From Candidatus Limnocylindria bacterium (GTDB taxonomy: Bacteria > Chloroflexota > Limnocylindria > QHBO01): 64,000 nucleotides of DNA. This document shows, in pieces, positions 11,644 through 21,762 of this stretch (position 1 is the stretch's first letter; every line of letters starts with the position of its first letter). The position numbers and the translations under genes were made by a program. The notes beneath the pieces were generated by a model that saw nothing but the letters and a program-made list of their open reading frames with translations, ran no database searches and was not told the origin of the DNA. The stretch lies in the NCBI GenBank assembly GCA_036555375.1, contig DATBLJ010000018.1, forward strand, positions 2,617 to 66,616, written 5' to 3'.

Positions 11644-12501
11644 ATGACCACGGCCACCGCCACGGCCTGGCAGACGCGGGAAGTGGTCGACCGCGAGGAG
11701 GTCGCCGCGTTCCTGCGGACCGACCGGCTGTATGCCGCCTATGCGCTCGGCGACATCGACGTCTCGTCCCGCAAGCGGGCCGCCTGGGGGATGGCCTACC
11801 TGGACGGCCAGCCACGCGGCCTCGCGATGCAGCACCTCGGCCTGCCGCCCCAGCCGCTGTTCCTGATGGGCGACGTCGACGCCTGCCGGGCCGTTCTTGC
11901 CAGCCAGGTCCGGCCGCGCTACGCCTTCGTCCAGGCCCGCCACGACTTGGCGCCCGCCTTCAACGAGCTGTACAGGGTCGATCTGCCCGCGTCCCTGCTC
12001 CGGATGGTTGTCGACCGGGCGACCTTCCGGCCGATCGCCGGCGGCGCCGAGCGGCTCGGCCCGCCGGATATCGGTGACCTGAACCGCCTCTACCAGCTCG
12101 GCCTGGGCGGCGGATTCCCGGCCTCGATCCTCGAAGACGGCGTCTATTACGGCGTTCGGGTCGGCGGCCGCCTGGTGGCCGCCGCTGGCACCCACGTCAT
12201 CAACGAGGCCGAGGGCATCGCGGTCGTCGGCAACGTCCTGACCCACGTCGACCATCGCGGCCAGGGCCACGCCAAGGCGGTGACCGCCGGCGTGACCGCG
12301 GAGCTCCTGACCCGTGTGCCCGACGTCGCCCTGAACGTGTACGCCGACAATGACCCCGCCGTGGCCGCCTACGCGCGGCTCGGCTATCGTGAGTACTGCC
12401 GCCTCGGGGAGTGGGTCGCCTACCGGCGAGCCGGAGGCTGGGATTTCATTCGTCCGCTGCGCGCCGCGCTCCGCTGGAGTTGGCCGCGCGCCGACCGTTG
12501 A
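11644..12501 (+). CDS. GNAT family acetyltransferase (FR47-like C-terminal domain)
   Basis: 285 aa; C-terminal GNAT core ([32 protein letters not shown]…YARLGYREY). Confidence 0.65.
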   Translation: MTTATATAWQTREVVDREEVAAFLRTDRLYAAYALGDIDVSSRKRAAWGMAYLDGQPRGLAMQHLGLPPQPLFLMGDVDACRAVLASQVRPRYAFVQARHDLAPAFNELYRVDLPASLLRMVVDRATFRPIAGGAERLGPPDIGDLNRLYQLGLGGGFPASILEDGVYYGVRVGGRLVAAAGTHVINEAEGIAVVGNVLTHVDHRGQGHAKAVTAGVTAELLTRVPDVALNVYADNDPAVAAYARLGYREYCRLGEWVAYRRAGGWDFIRPLRAALRWSWPRADR

Positions 12502-12511
12502 TGGAGGAACC

Positions 12512-13765
12512 GTGAGCGACATTCGTGACGAGGGACTGGCCGACGACGGTGCGCGGCGCATCGAGTGGGCGGACCGCCAGATGCCGGTGCTGGCCGGCAT
12601 CCGGGATCGGCTCAGCCAGGAGAAGCCGCTCACCGGTTGGCGGGTCAGCGCCTGCCTCCACGTCACGGCCGAGACGGCGAACCTGGTCCGCACCCTGGCG
12701 GCCGCCGGGGCGGACGTCGTCCTCTGCGCCTCGAATCCGCTGTCGACCCAGGACGAGGTCGCCGCGGCGCTCGTCGTCGACCATGGGATCGAGGTCTTCG
12801 CCATGCGCGGCGAGGACCGCGACACGTACTACGGCCACATCAACGCGGCCCTCGACCACCAGCCCCAGCTGACGATGGACGACGGATCCGACCTCGTCGG
12901 GGAGCTCCACACCCATCGGTCCGACCTCCTCCCCGAGGTCCGCGGGGGGACCGAGGAGACGACGACCGGGGTCATCCGGCTGCGGGCGATGGCCGCCGAT
13001 GGCGCGCTCCGCTACCCAATCCTCGCCGTCAACGAGGCCGCCACCAAGCACCTGTTCGACAACCGCTACGGCACCGGCCAGAGCGCGATCGACGGCATCC
13101 TGCGCGCCACGAACGTGCTGCTCGCCGGCAAGACGGTCGTGGTCGGGGGCTACGGCTGGGTCGGGCGGGGGATCGCATCACGCGCCCACGGAATGGGCGC
13201 CAACGTCGTCATCGTCGAGATCGACCCGATCCGGGCACTCGAGGCGGCGATGGACGGCTTCCGGGTCATGACCTCGATGGAGGCGGCCGAGGCGGGGGAC
13301 CTGTTCATCACCGCCACCGGCTCACTCCACGTCTTCGGTCGCGATCACTTCCGGATCATGCGCGACGGGGCGATCCTGGCCAACGCGGGCCACTTCAACG
13401 ACGAGTTCGACCTGCCCGGTCTCGAGGACCTGTCCGCCGAGACGCGCGAGGTCCGCCCGTCGACGCAGGAGTACCGGCTGGCGGACGGCCGGCGGATCTA
13501 CCTGCTGGCCGAGGGACGGCTCGTCAACCTCGCCGCCGCGGAGGGCCATCCGAGCCTGGTCATGGACCTCTCGTTCGCCAACCAGGCCCTCGGCGTCGAG
13601 TGGCTGAGCCAGCACCACGACGAGCTGACGCCGGCGGTGTACGAGATCCCGCTCGAGATCGACCACGAGGTCGCCCGCCTGAAGCTGGCGACGATGGGCA
13701 TCGCGATCGATCGGCCCACCCCCGAGCAGGAGGCGTATGCCGCCTCCTGGCAGTCGGGTACGTGA
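12512..13765 (+). CDS. ahcY: adenosylhomocysteinase
   Basis: GTG 12512 preceded by GGAGGA. AhcY signatures ([17 protein letters not shown]-binding GYGWVGRG, …[15 protein letters not shown]…). The annotated ORF's first 54 codons overlap the upstream gene and are rejected. Confidence 0.9.
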   Translation: MSDIRDEGLADDGARRIEWADRQMPVLAGIRDRLSQEKPLTGWRVSACLHVTAETANLVRTLAAAGADVVLCASNPLSTQDEVAAALVVDHGIEVFAMRGEDRDTYYGHINAALDHQPQLTMDDGSDLVGELHTHRSDLLPEVRGGTEETTTGVIRLRAMAADGALRYPILAVNEAATKHLFDNRYGTGQSAIDGILRATNVLLAGKTVVVGGYGWVGRGIASRAHGMGANVVIVEIDPIRALEAAMDGFRVMTSMEAAEAGDLFITATGSLHVFGRDHFRIMRDGAILANAGHFNDEFDLPGLEDLSAETREVRPSTQEYRLADGRRIYLLAEGRLVNLAAAEGHPSLVMDLSFANQALGVEWLSQHHDELTPAVYEIPLEIDHEVARLKLATMGIAIDRPTPEQEAYAASWQSGT

Positions 13766-13797
13766 GCGCCGAAACGGCGCTCGGCTAGGGCGTTGGC

Positions 13798-14349
13798 CTA
13801 GATATCGACGTCGAAGGACCCGCTGATGTCGAGGTCCGAATGGATGACGCCGTCGGTTCCGAAGCCACCGGCGTCGTTGCAGGTGAAGCTGCCGGCGGCG
13901 CCCGAGGCGTCGTTGTGGTCGATGTTCCAGTCGCACTCGGCGGTCGGGATGACCATGTCGTCGGTGACGTACTGGAAGACGTTCCCGTCTTCGCTCAGCA
14001 GGAGGATGACGCCGTTGGCCTCCTGGGCATCGGTGTCCTCGGTGAACACGAGGAAGGTGACGCCCGCCTGCTGGAAGTAGGCGAAGTTGCCGGCGAACGG
14101 CAGCTCGCCGCTGTCGTTGAAGCCGCCGCCGCTGATCTCGTACTGGACCGAGCCCGACCCGCCGCCGAGCCCACCATCGCCGTCCCCGCCACCATCGCCG
14201 TCCCCGCCGCCCTGGCTGGACTCGGGCGCCTCGGACTGGTCCCCGCCGCCCCCATCGGATCCGTCGGGTGAGCCGGCTGGGCTCGCGCAGGCGGCCAGTA
14301 TCAGGCCGGAGATGACAACCAGGACCCAGAGGATTGGGCGGCGGCGCAT
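13798..14349 (-). CDS. secreted lipoprotein with Gly/Asp-rich low-complexity region, hypothetical
   Basis: Signal peptide plus lipobox (MRRRPILWVLVVISGLILAAC). SD AGGAGG 6 nt before ATG. Tandem 18-nt repeat encodes GDGDGG. Confidence 0.7.
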   Translation of the reverse strand: MRRRPILWVLVVISGLILAACASPAGSPDGSDGGGGDQSEAPESSQGGGDGDGGGDGDGGLGGGSGSVQYEISGGGFNDSGELPFAGNFAYFQQAGVTFLVFTEDTDAQEANGVILLLSEDGNVFQYVTDDMVIPTAECDWNIDHNDASGAAGSFTCNDAGGFGTDGVIHSDLDISGSFDVDI

Positions 14350-14407
14350 GATGGACCTCCTATAGGAAGCGCCATCCTAGCCGGTCGGCGATGGCTCCCG
14401 TCAATTC

Positions 14408-15064
14408 GTGTGGCGCTACACTCGGCCTTTGCTCGACAGGGGGCGCTGCGTGAGCGACAGCTCGGTCCCGGTACGCTGGGGACCGCCACCTCCCGGACCG
14501 GTCACCCGCCTCGGTCGGTGGGTCCGGGGCCTGGCCGGCGCGGCGCCGCAGACCGCCGAGCGCCTCCCCGAGCTGCCCGCCGTCCTGCGCCGCGCGCCCC
14601 TTGCCGCGCCGTATCTCGAGGCGGAGCGCGCCATGGACCAGCCCCGTGCCGGGGACACGGCGATGGCCGCGGCCGAAGCGGGGATCGTCGCCGAGGCGTG
14701 GTGGGCGGCCGACCTGTGGGCGCACCGGGCGCTCTACCACTACGAGCGGGCCGAGATGGGGCTGGCGTCGACCCGGACCGCGCGGCGGATCGGTGACCTG
14801 CGCGTCGCCGGCGGCGATCCGGCCAGTGCCCGGCGCTACTATGCCGAGGCGATCAGCGAGGCCCGTGACCTCGGCGCCGAGCACGAGGAGGGCCTGGCCG
14901 CCTACGGGATGGGCCGTGCCGAACTGGAGCTGGGAAACGTGACCGCCGCGCGCAAGCTGGCCCTCATCGCGGTCGGCCTCCTGGAGCGCTGCCAGGCACC
15001 CGCCGAGGAGCTGGCGGCCGCCCGCGAGCTGCTGGGCACCGAGCGCCCGGTTGGAGCGGGCTGA
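14408..15064 (+). CDS. hypothetical helical (TPR-like) protein
   Basis: High GC3; alpha-helical Ala/Glu-rich repeats; stop overlaps the proC start. Start uncertain (GTG 14408 or GTG 14449). Confidence 0.45.
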   Translation: MWRYTRPLLDRGRCVSDSSVPVRWGPPPPGPVTRLGRWVRGLAGAAPQTAERLPELPAVLRRAPLAAPYLEAERAMDQPRAGDTAMAAAEAGIVAEAWWAADLWAHRALYHYERAEMGLASTRTARRIGDLRVAGGDPASARRYYAEAISEARDLGAEHEEGLAAYGMGRAELELGNVTAARKLALIAVGLLERCQAPAEELAAARELLGTERPVGAG

Positions 15065-15912
15065 TGGCCAGACGCTCGATGCAGGTCGGGATCGTGGGCG
15101 CCGGCGTGATGGCCGAGGCGATGATCACCGGCCTCCTTGCCGACAAGGCCGTTCGTCCGGCCGACCTCGTCGCCTCTCACCCGCGCCGCGAGCGACGCGC
15201 GGCACTCGTGGCCGAGCACGGGATCCGGGTCGTCGCCCGCAACCGGGACGCGGTCGCCGGAGCGGGCATCGTGGTCGTTGCCGTCAAGCCCCAGATGCTG
15301 CGCGGCGTGATGCGCGAGCTCGCCCCGGTCCTCGAGGACGGGCAGGTGGTCCTGTCCATCGTCGCCGGCGCCACCCTCCGGACCCTGAACGTCGGGCTCG
15401 GGCACAGCGCCGTCGTGCGGGCCATGCCGAACACCCCGGCCCAGATCCGGAAGGGGATGGCGGTCTGGGCGGCGGCCTCGTCGTGCACCGCGGCGCAGCG
15501 CGACCTCGCGCGTGCCGTCCTCCGCGCCCTCGGCGACGAGCGCCAGGTCGAGGACGAGCACTTCGTGGCCATGGCCACCGCCCTGTCAGGGACCGGTCCG
15601 ACCTACCTGTTCGCGGTCATGGAGGCGCTCGTCGACGCCGGGGTCCACCTCGGCTTCCCGCGCGACCTGGCCCACGACCTCGTCGCCGAGACGCTCGTCG
15701 GCTCGAGCGAGTACGCCGCCGCCTCCGCGCTCCACCCGGCCCAGCTCCGCAACGCGGTGACGTCCCCCGGCGGTACGAGCGCGGCGGCGATCTACGAGCT
15801 CGAGAAGGGCCGGCTGCGGACCGTGCTGTCGGACGCGGTGTGGGCGGCCTATCGCCGGACGGTCGAGCTCGGTGAGCGGCTGGAGGCCGAGACCCTGGCC
15901 GACGCCGGCTGA
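15064..15912 (+). CDS. proC: pyrroline-5-carboxylate reductase
   Basis: 282 aa; Rossmann N-terminus VGIVGAGVMAEAMITGL; ProC C-terminal dimerisation domain (…VTSPGGTSAAAIYELEKG…). Confidence 0.9.
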   Translation: MARRSMQVGIVGAGVMAEAMITGLLADKAVRPADLVASHPRRERRAALVAEHGIRVVARNRDAVAGAGIVVVAVKPQMLRGVMRELAPVLEDGQVVLSIVAGATLRTLNVGLGHSAVVRAMPNTPAQIRKGMAVWAAASSCTAAQRDLARAVLRALGDERQVEDEHFVAMATALSGTGPTYLFAVMEALVDAGVHLGFPRDLAHDLVAETLVGSSEYAAASALHPAQLRNAVTSPGGTSAAAIYELEKGRLRTVLSDAVWAAYRRTVELGERLEAETLADAG

Positions 15913-15922
15913 CGGGTCGTCG

Positions 15923-16987
15923 ATGTACGCGATCGTGATGGCCGGCGGGTCTGGCACCCGCCTCTGGCCGCTGTCGCGGCGCAAGACGCCCAAGCAGCTC
16001 CTGCCGTTGACGGGGGAGGTGAGCCTCCTCCAGCAATCCGTCGCCCGCCTCGAGCCCCTGCTCCAGCCTCACGACATCTACGTCATCACCGCCGAGTCCC
16101 ACGTCCACGCCACCCAGCGCCAGCTCCCCCAGCTCCCCGAGGGGAACATCCTCGGCGAGCCGCTGGCCCGATCCACCGCCGTCGCGGCGGCGCTCGGCGC
16201 GGTGCTGGCCCGGCGCCAGACCGATGAGGTGGCCATCGTCCTGCCCGCCGACCACTACGTTGCCGACGCCGACGCGTTCATCGCTGCCATCCGGGAGGCG
16301 GTCGTCACCGCCGAGCGGGGCTACCTCGTCGTGCTGGGGGTGACGCCCGCTCATCCGGCCACCGGGTACGGGTACGTGACCCGCGGCGAGCCGCTGTTCG
16401 CGACCGGCACCGCAGCGGTCACCGCGTTCGTCGAGAAGCCCGACGCGAAGACCGCGAAGGGCCTGGTCGCGGCCGGCGCGCTGTGGAACGCGGGCGTCTT
16501 CGTGTGGAGCGGCTACGCCTTCCGCCAGGCGCTCGAGCGCTACCAGCCCGCGCTCACCGCCGCGCTCGACGAGGTCGCCAAGATGCCGCGCACCCCGGGC
16601 TGGCAGACCGATGCCCGGGCCCTCCTGGAGCCGCTGCCCGCGATCAGCATCGACGCCGGCATCGCCGAGCCGGCCGCCGCAGAGGGCCGGATGGCCGTCG
16701 TCGCCCTCGATGCGGGCTGGTCGGACATCGGATCCTGGTCGGCGCTGCTGGAGGCCCTCAGCCGCCAGAGCGGGAAGAGCCTGGTCGCCTCCGGCGAGCA
16801 CCTCGACCGGGGGTCGAAGAACGTCCTCGTCCACGGCGGCGAGCGCCTGGTCGTGACCGTCGGCCTGAAGGACGTGATCATCGTCGACACGCCCGACGCG
16901 CTTCTCGTCTGCGCGCGCGACCGCGCCGAGGAGATCAAGCCCATCCTCGACGAGATCGGGGAGGCGACCGGCGACCGCTACCTCTAG
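15923..16987 (+). CDS. manC: mannose-1-phosphate guanylyltransferase (GDP-mannose pyrophosphorylase)
   Basis: MYAIVMAGGSGTRLWPLSR…PKQLLPL; nucleotidyltransferase fold. Start ATG 15923. Confidence 0.85.
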   Translation: MYAIVMAGGSGTRLWPLSRRKTPKQLLPLTGEVSLLQQSVARLEPLLQPHDIYVITAESHVHATQRQLPQLPEGNILGEPLARSTAVAAALGAVLARRQTDEVAIVLPADHYVADADAFIAAIREAVVTAERGYLVVLGVTPAHPATGYGYVTRGEPLFATGTAAVTAFVEKPDAKTAKGLVAAGALWNAGVFVWSGYAFRQALERYQPALTAALDEVAKMPRTPGWQTDARALLEPLPAISIDAGIAEPAAAEGRMAVVALDAGWSDIGSWSALLEALSRQSGKSLVASGEHLDRGSKNVLVHGGERLVVTVGLKDVIIVDTPDALLVCARDRAEEIKPILDEIGEATGDRYL

Positions 16988-17114
16988 GGCGCGCCTCTGG
17001 GGCAGGCTGCTGGCCTGGTACCTGCGCCTCGTCGCGCGAACGGCGCGCATCGGTCCGGTCACCCGCGAGGCGGTCGTCCTCGCCTTCTGGCACGAGTTCA
17101 ACCTCGGCCTGTAC

Positions 17115-17618
17115 GTGCTCGCCGCCGCCCGCCGGGGTGACCTGCCCCACGGGTCGTTCACGACCGACACGCCACGGGGGACGGTCATCGCCACGATCTT
17201 CGAGTCGCTTGCCCAGCGGCCGGGGCAGGTCGTGATCCTGCGCCTCCCCGCGGAGCGAGACCGAGCAGCCGCACGGGCCCTCGCCCGACGGCTCGGGGAC
17301 CTCGGCCGGGAGGGCTTCTCGCTGGTCGTCACGCCCGACGGACCATGGGGCCCGTACCGGGTGGCCAAGCCGGGCGCGCTGCTCGTCGCCCGCCAGTCGG
17401 GGCTCCCGATCCTGCCGGTCGCCGTCCGTGCCCGGCCCGCCTTCCGGCTGCCGAGGCGCTGGGACCGCCAGCTCGTCCCGTTGCCGTTCTCCCGGCTGGC
17501 CCTCGTCGCCGGCGAGCCGCTGGCCGTCGCTGACGACCGGCCGCTGCGACCCCTCGTGCCCGCCCTCCAGGATGCTCTCGACCGGGTGACCGCGGCCGCC
17601 GAGGGGCGGCTACCATAG
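17115..17618 (+). CDS. DUF374 / lysophospholipid-acyltransferase-like protein (N-terminus unresolved)
   Basis: …LVVTPDGPWGPYRVAKPGALLVARQSGLPILPV… matches DUF374. The homology (RLWGRLLAWYLRLV…AFWHEFNLG) continues upstream in frame to about 16990, but no ATG/GTG/TTG is present there; see findings. Confidence 0.6.
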   Translation: MLAAARRGDLPHGSFTTDTPRGTVIATIFESLAQRPGQVVILRLPAERDRAAARALARRLGDLGREGFSLVVTPDGPWGPYRVAKPGALLVARQSGLPILPVAVRARPAFRLPRRWDRQLVPLPFSRLALVAGEPLAVADDRPLRPLVPALQDALDRVTAAAEGRLP

Positions 17619-17626
17619 CCCTGCCC

Positions 17627-19084
17627 GTGACGACGATCCGCTTCGGGACCGATGGCTGGCGCGCGGCCATCGCCGAGGACTTCACCTTCCACAACGTCCG
17701 CCGCTGTGCCCGCGGGGTGGCCGACTACCTCGTCGAGCTTGGCGCCGCGGATCGCGGCGTGGTGGTCGCGCACGACCGGCGCTTCGCCTCGGAGCATTTC
17801 GCCCGGGCGTGCGTCGAGGTCCTGGCGGCCCATGGCATCCGAAGCCACACCCCACCGGGCGCGGTCCCGACCCAGGTCGTCTCGTTCTTCACCCGCGAGA
17901 TGGGCGCCGGGGCGGGGATCGTGATCACCGCCAGCCACAACCCGTGGACCGACAACGGGTTCAAGGTGAAGGCCGATACCGGCGGCGCGGCGGCGCCGGA
18001 CATGCTCGCCGCCATCGAGGCCACGATGGACCGCTATCCCGAGGACGAGGCGCCGCCGCGCATCGAGTACGACGACGCCGTCGGGCAGGGGCTGGTCGAG
18101 ATCTTCGACCCCTACCCGCGCTTCCGCGACCAGCTGGCCGCGATCGTCGACCTGGAGCGACTGCGCGGATCGACCGGCCGGGTCCTCGTCGAGCCGATGT
18201 GGGGATCGGGCGCCGGCTGGTTCAGCCGCCTCTTCGACGGCGCCAGCCTGACGATCCACGAGCTCCACACCGAGCGCAACCCGTTCTTCGGTGGGGTCAA
18301 TCCCGAGCCGATCCGGCCGAACATCGATGCATGGCTCGAGGAGATCCCGCGCTGGGGCGCCGACATTGGGATCGCCTTCGACGGCGACGCCGACCGGGTC
18401 GGGATGGCGACCGAGGAGGGCGTGTTCGTGAACCAGCTGCAGGTCTACGGCCTCCTGTACTGGTACCTCCTCGAGGTGCGCGGGCAGATCGGCCCGGCGG
18501 TCTACACCGTCACGACGACCTCGATGGCCGATCGGCTGGCGAGGATCTTCGGCACCACGGCGTACGAGACCGGGGTCGGCTTCAAGTTCGTCGGGCCCAA
18601 GATGGCCGAGACCCACGCGGTGATCGGCGGGGAGGAGTCGGGCGGCTTCGGGTTCGGGATGCACATCCCCGAGCGCGACGGGCTCGCCGCCGGGCTGTTC
18701 CTGCTCGACCTCTGGCTGTCGCGGGGCACCGCCGCCTCGAAGGTCCTTGCCGAGCTGCAGGCCCTGGCCGGGCCGTCGTACTACAACCGGATCGACGTCC
18801 GCTTCTCGCGCGACGAGTACGCGGCCATCAAGCGCGACACGCTCGCCCAGCTCGAGCACGAGGCACCCGAGTCGCTGGGCGGCCACCAGGTCGTCCGCCG
18901 CCAGGCGCTCGAAACCGGCGACGGCTTCAAGTTCCACCTGGACGACGAGTCGTGGCTCCTGATCCGCTTCAGCGGCACCGAGGCGCTCCTCCGGATCTAC
19001 GTCGAGGCCCGCTCCCCGGAGGACGTCGAGACGCTCCTCGCCGAGGGACGCCGGATCGCGACCGCGGCCGCCGCCCCCGCATGA
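17627..19084 (+). CDS. manB: phosphomannomutase/phosphoglucomutase (alpha-D-phosphohexomutase family)
   Basis: 485 aa; active-site loop TASHNPWTDNGFK; metal-binding loop FDGDADR; sugar-binding GGEESGG. Confidence 0.9.
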   Translation: MTTIRFGTDGWRAAIAEDFTFHNVRRCARGVADYLVELGAADRGVVVAHDRRFASEHFARACVEVLAAHGIRSHTPPGAVPTQVVSFFTREMGAGAGIVITASHNPWTDNGFKVKADTGGAAAPDMLAAIEATMDRYPEDEAPPRIEYDDAVGQGLVEIFDPYPRFRDQLAAIVDLERLRGSTGRVLVEPMWGSGAGWFSRLFDGASLTIHELHTERNPFFGGVNPEPIRPNIDAWLEEIPRWGADIGIAFDGDADRVGMATEEGVFVNQLQVYGLLYWYLLEVRGQIGPAVYTVTTTSMADRLARIFGTTAYETGVGFKFVGPKMAETHAVIGGEESGGFGFGMHIPERDGLAAGLFLLDLWLSRGTAASKVLAELQALAGPSYYNRIDVRFSRDEYAAIKRDTLAQLEHEAPESLGGHQVVRRQALETGDGFKFHLDDESWLLIRFSGTEALLRIYVEARSPEDVETLLAEGRRIATAAAAPA

Positions 19085-19097
19085 GGGCGGCGTCCCG

Positions 19098-20270
19098 GTG
19101 ACCGACGCCCGCGACTTCTTCGGCTACAAGCATCCGGACGAGGAGCCGGGTCGTCGCCCGGAGGACGAGGAGGGTCCCGACCCCGACGCCCCACCCGCGC
19201 TCGACGAAGCGATCACCCTCGATGCGCCGGCGGTCACCGCCCGGATCGACCGCGAGGGCATGCTGGGCCGGGTCCGGGAGCTGCCCCGCCAGCTGGCGGC
19301 GGCGCGCGAGGCCGCGGCCGGCCTGCAGCTCGAGCCGCGCTACCGGGACGTCGACCTCGTCATCGTCCTCGGGATGGGCGGCTCGGCCATCGGGGCGGAC
19401 CTGGTCCGCGCCGCGGCCGGCGAGCGGCTGCGGGTCCCGCTTCTCGTCCAGCGTGACTACCACCTGCCCGCCGGGCTGAGCCCGCGGACCCTGGTCGTGG
19501 CCGCCTCGCACTCGGGGGAGACGATCGAGACCGTCACCGCCGCCCGGGAGGCGCGGGCTCGCGGCCTGCCGCTCGTCGTGGTGGCCACTGGCGGCGCCCT
19601 CGGTCGCCAGGCGGAGGCGGACGGCACGCCCTGGCTGCGCTACGAGCAGGCCGGGCAGCCGCGGTCCGCTCTCGGCTGGTCGGTCGGCCTCCTCCATGAG
19701 CTGCTCATCGCGGCCGGCCTGCTGACCGATCCGGATCCGCTCGGCCCGGTGGTCGCCGTCCTCGACGACGTCCTCGATCGGCTCGGCCCGGGGGTCGACA
19801 CCGATGCGAACCCGGCGAAGCAGCTGGCCTGGTCGATCCTCGGCCGCCAGCCGGTGGTCTACGGGGCCGAGACGATGGCCCCGGTCGCCCACCGCTGGAA
19901 GACCCAGTTCAACGAGAACGCCAAGGCCTGGGCGTCCTACGAGCCGATGCCGGAGGCGAACCACAACGCGATCGAGGGCTCGCTGAACCCCCGTGAGCTG
20001 GCCGACGCCCCCTTCGTGATCGAGATCCGCGACCCGACCGAGAGCGCCGACATCGCGGCCCGCTACCGGGTCGTCGAGGAGCTGCTCGGGGAGCGAGCGA
20101 CGAACCGCGCGATCGTCTGGGCGGAGGGCCCTTCGCCGCTGGCCCGGGTGCTGTCGGCGGTCGCCTGGGGCGACCTGGTGAGCGTCTACCTGGCCATCCT
20201 CTACCAGACCGACCCGACCCCGGTTACACTGCTCGCGATGCTGAAAGAGCGGCTCGCCAGGTCGGACTGA
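19098..20270 (+). CDS. bifunctional phosphoglucose/phosphomannose isomerase (SIS domain)
   Basis: 390 aa; SIS motifs (VIVLGMGGSAIGADL, VVAASHSGETIET); PGI/PMI family C-terminal region. Gene order manC-(DUF374)-manB-pmi forms a GDP-mannose cluster. Confidence 0.8.
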   Translation: MTDARDFFGYKHPDEEPGRRPEDEEGPDPDAPPALDEAITLDAPAVTARIDREGMLGRVRELPRQLAAAREAAAGLQLEPRYRDVDLVIVLGMGGSAIGADLVRAAAGERLRVPLLVQRDYHLPAGLSPRTLVVAASHSGETIETVTAAREARARGLPLVVVATGGALGRQAEADGTPWLRYEQAGQPRSALGWSVGLLHELLIAAGLLTDPDPLGPVVAVLDDVLDRLGPGVDTDANPAKQLAWSILGRQPVVYGAETMAPVAHRWKTQFNENAKAWASYEPMPEANHNAIEGSLNPRELADAPFVIEIRDPTESADIAARYRVVEELLGERATNRAIVWAEGPSPLARVLSAVAWGDLVSVYLAILYQTDPTPVTLLAMLKERLARSD

Positions 20271-20318
20271 CGGGCGCCTGAGACAAGGCGCCGCCCCGGC
20301 GCCTGGAGGAGTTTGCCA

Positions 20319-20600
20319 GTGCACTCGGGCATGATCGGTAAGGTCGAGAAGGCGATGCGTTACGCCCACGAGCCCGATCGGGTGACGATCGACCGGCTCG
20401 AGGCGACCTTCGCCGGCGACAATGGGTCCCACCAGGTCTCTCTCGACGGCAACGCGTGGCATTGCGACTGCCACCTGTTCGAACAGGCCGGTGGCTGCAC
20501 CCACACCCTCGCCATCCAGAAGATGCTCGACCCGATGCTGTCCGACAGCGCCCGCGAGACCCCGCTCTACGGTCATGCCGAGGTCGGCGCCGGCGTGTAG
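20319..20600 (+). CDS. small SWIM-type zinc-finger protein
   Basis: GGAGGA 8 nt before GTG 20319. CxCx8CxH (WHCDCHLFEQAGGCTHTL) is typical of SWIM fingers. About 93 aa. Confidence 0.55.
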   Translation: MHSGMIGKVEKAMRYAHEPDRVTIDRLEATFAGDNGSHQVSLDGNAWHCDCHLFEQAGGCTHTLAIQKMLDPMLSDSARETPLYGHAEVGAGV

Positions 20601-20614
20601 CATCGGCCGACCAA

Positions 20615-20745
<131 letters not shown>

Positions 20746-20780
20746 GTCTCCACCCTCGTGAGAAAGGGCGTGACATCACC

Positions 20781-21755
20781 ATGGCGTCATCGCGTTTCCG
20801 GTTTCTCGTTCCCCTGATCCTGGCCTTGGCCACCGCGTGCCAGCCGTCGGCCAGCGCCAGCCCCTCCCCGAGCACCGCGTCGAGCGTTGCGCCGAGTGCC
20901 AGCGCCGCCGCCGAGGTCTCCTATCCACAGACCCTGACCGACGATGCCGGGCGCCAGGTCGAGATCCCGGCCGAGCCCGAGCGGATCGTCAGCCTCGCCC
21001 CGTCCAACACCGAGATCGTCTGCGCCCTGGACGCCTGTGACCGCCTCGTCGGGGTCACCGATTTCGACGACTACCCGGCGGAGGTGGCCGATGTCGCCCA
21101 CGTCGTCATCGGCGCGGTGGTCGACGTCGAGCTCGTCGTCGAGGCGGATCCGGATCTCATCATCGCGGCCGGCAACGAGCTGACCCCGACCGCGGTGATC
21201 GACCAGCTGGCCGAGCTCGACTACCCGGTGCTCGTCCTGTACCCCGAGTCGCTCGAGGCCGTGCTCGACAACGTCGAGCTGGTCGGGACCGCGATCAACG
21301 CGACCGATGCGGCGACCGCGGTCACCGGCGACATGACCCAGCGGATCGCCGCGGTTCGCGAGGCGGTGGCCGGCGAGCCGGCTCCGCGCACGTTCTACGA
21401 GGTCGGCCTGTTCGAAGGCGCGATCTACACCGCCGGCGAGGACTCGTTCCTGGCCGGCATGATCGACACGGCCGGCGGCGAGCCGATCACCGGCGACCCG
21501 CTGACCACGTCGATCGCCCTCGAGGACCTCGTGGCGGCCGATCCCGAGCTCATCCTGCTCGGGGACGCGGCCTACGATCCGTCGATCACCCCCGAATCGG
21601 TGGCCGTCCGGCCGGGCTGGGAGGGGATGACCGCGGTCACCACCGGCAACGTCCTGGTCATGGCCGAGGACCCGGTCATCACCCGCCCCGGCCCGCGGAT
21701 CGTCGACGGACTCGAGGCGATGGCCGCGGCCATCCACCCCGACGCCTTCGACTGA
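20781..21755 (+). CDS. ABC transporter substrate-binding lipoprotein (cobalamin/siderophore class, BtuF-like)
   Basis: Signal peptide plus lipobox (LILALATAC). Class III periplasmic binding protein pattern. Downstream of the B12 riboswitch. Confidence 0.8.
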   Translation: MASSRFRFLVPLILALATACQPSASASPSPSTASSVAPSASAAAEVSYPQTLTDDAGRQVEIPAEPERIVSLAPSNTEIVCALDACDRLVGVTDFDDYPAEVADVAHVVIGAVVDVELVVEADPDLIIAAGNELTPTAVIDQLAELDYPVLVLYPESLEAVLDNVELVGTAINATDAATAVTGDMTQRIAAVREAVAGEPAPRTFYEVGLFEGAIYTAGEDSFLAGMIDTAGGEPITGDPLTTSIALEDLVAADPELILLGDAAYDPSITPESVAVRPGWEGMTAVTTGNVLVMAEDPVITRPGPRIVDGLEAMAAAIHPDAFD

Positions 21756-21762
21756 TGGCCTG

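Noticed and set aside
16483-17235. ORF 16483-17235 as the source of the missing DUF374 N-terminus
   Set aside because: It is in a different frame from the DUF374-homologous codons, and its translation is Arg/Pro-rich antisense-like sequence.
15617-18937. 1106-aa minus-strand ORF and similar very long antisense ORFs (4850-6601, 18969-20753, 20787-22076, 25656-27269, 29911-32085, 32012-33394, 33410-34555, 40708-42291, 45809-47617, 49340-51196, 51242-52318, 52107-54896, 56658-59276; plus-strand 60235-62454)
   Set aside because: Their Arg/Gly/Pro-rich translations are typical of antisense frames in >70 % GC DNA. The opposite strand encodes clearly recognisable conserved proteins (ProC, ManC, ManB, AccC, FabF, ALDH, PolX, DUF255 protein, ABC permeases and others) with strong GC3 bias.
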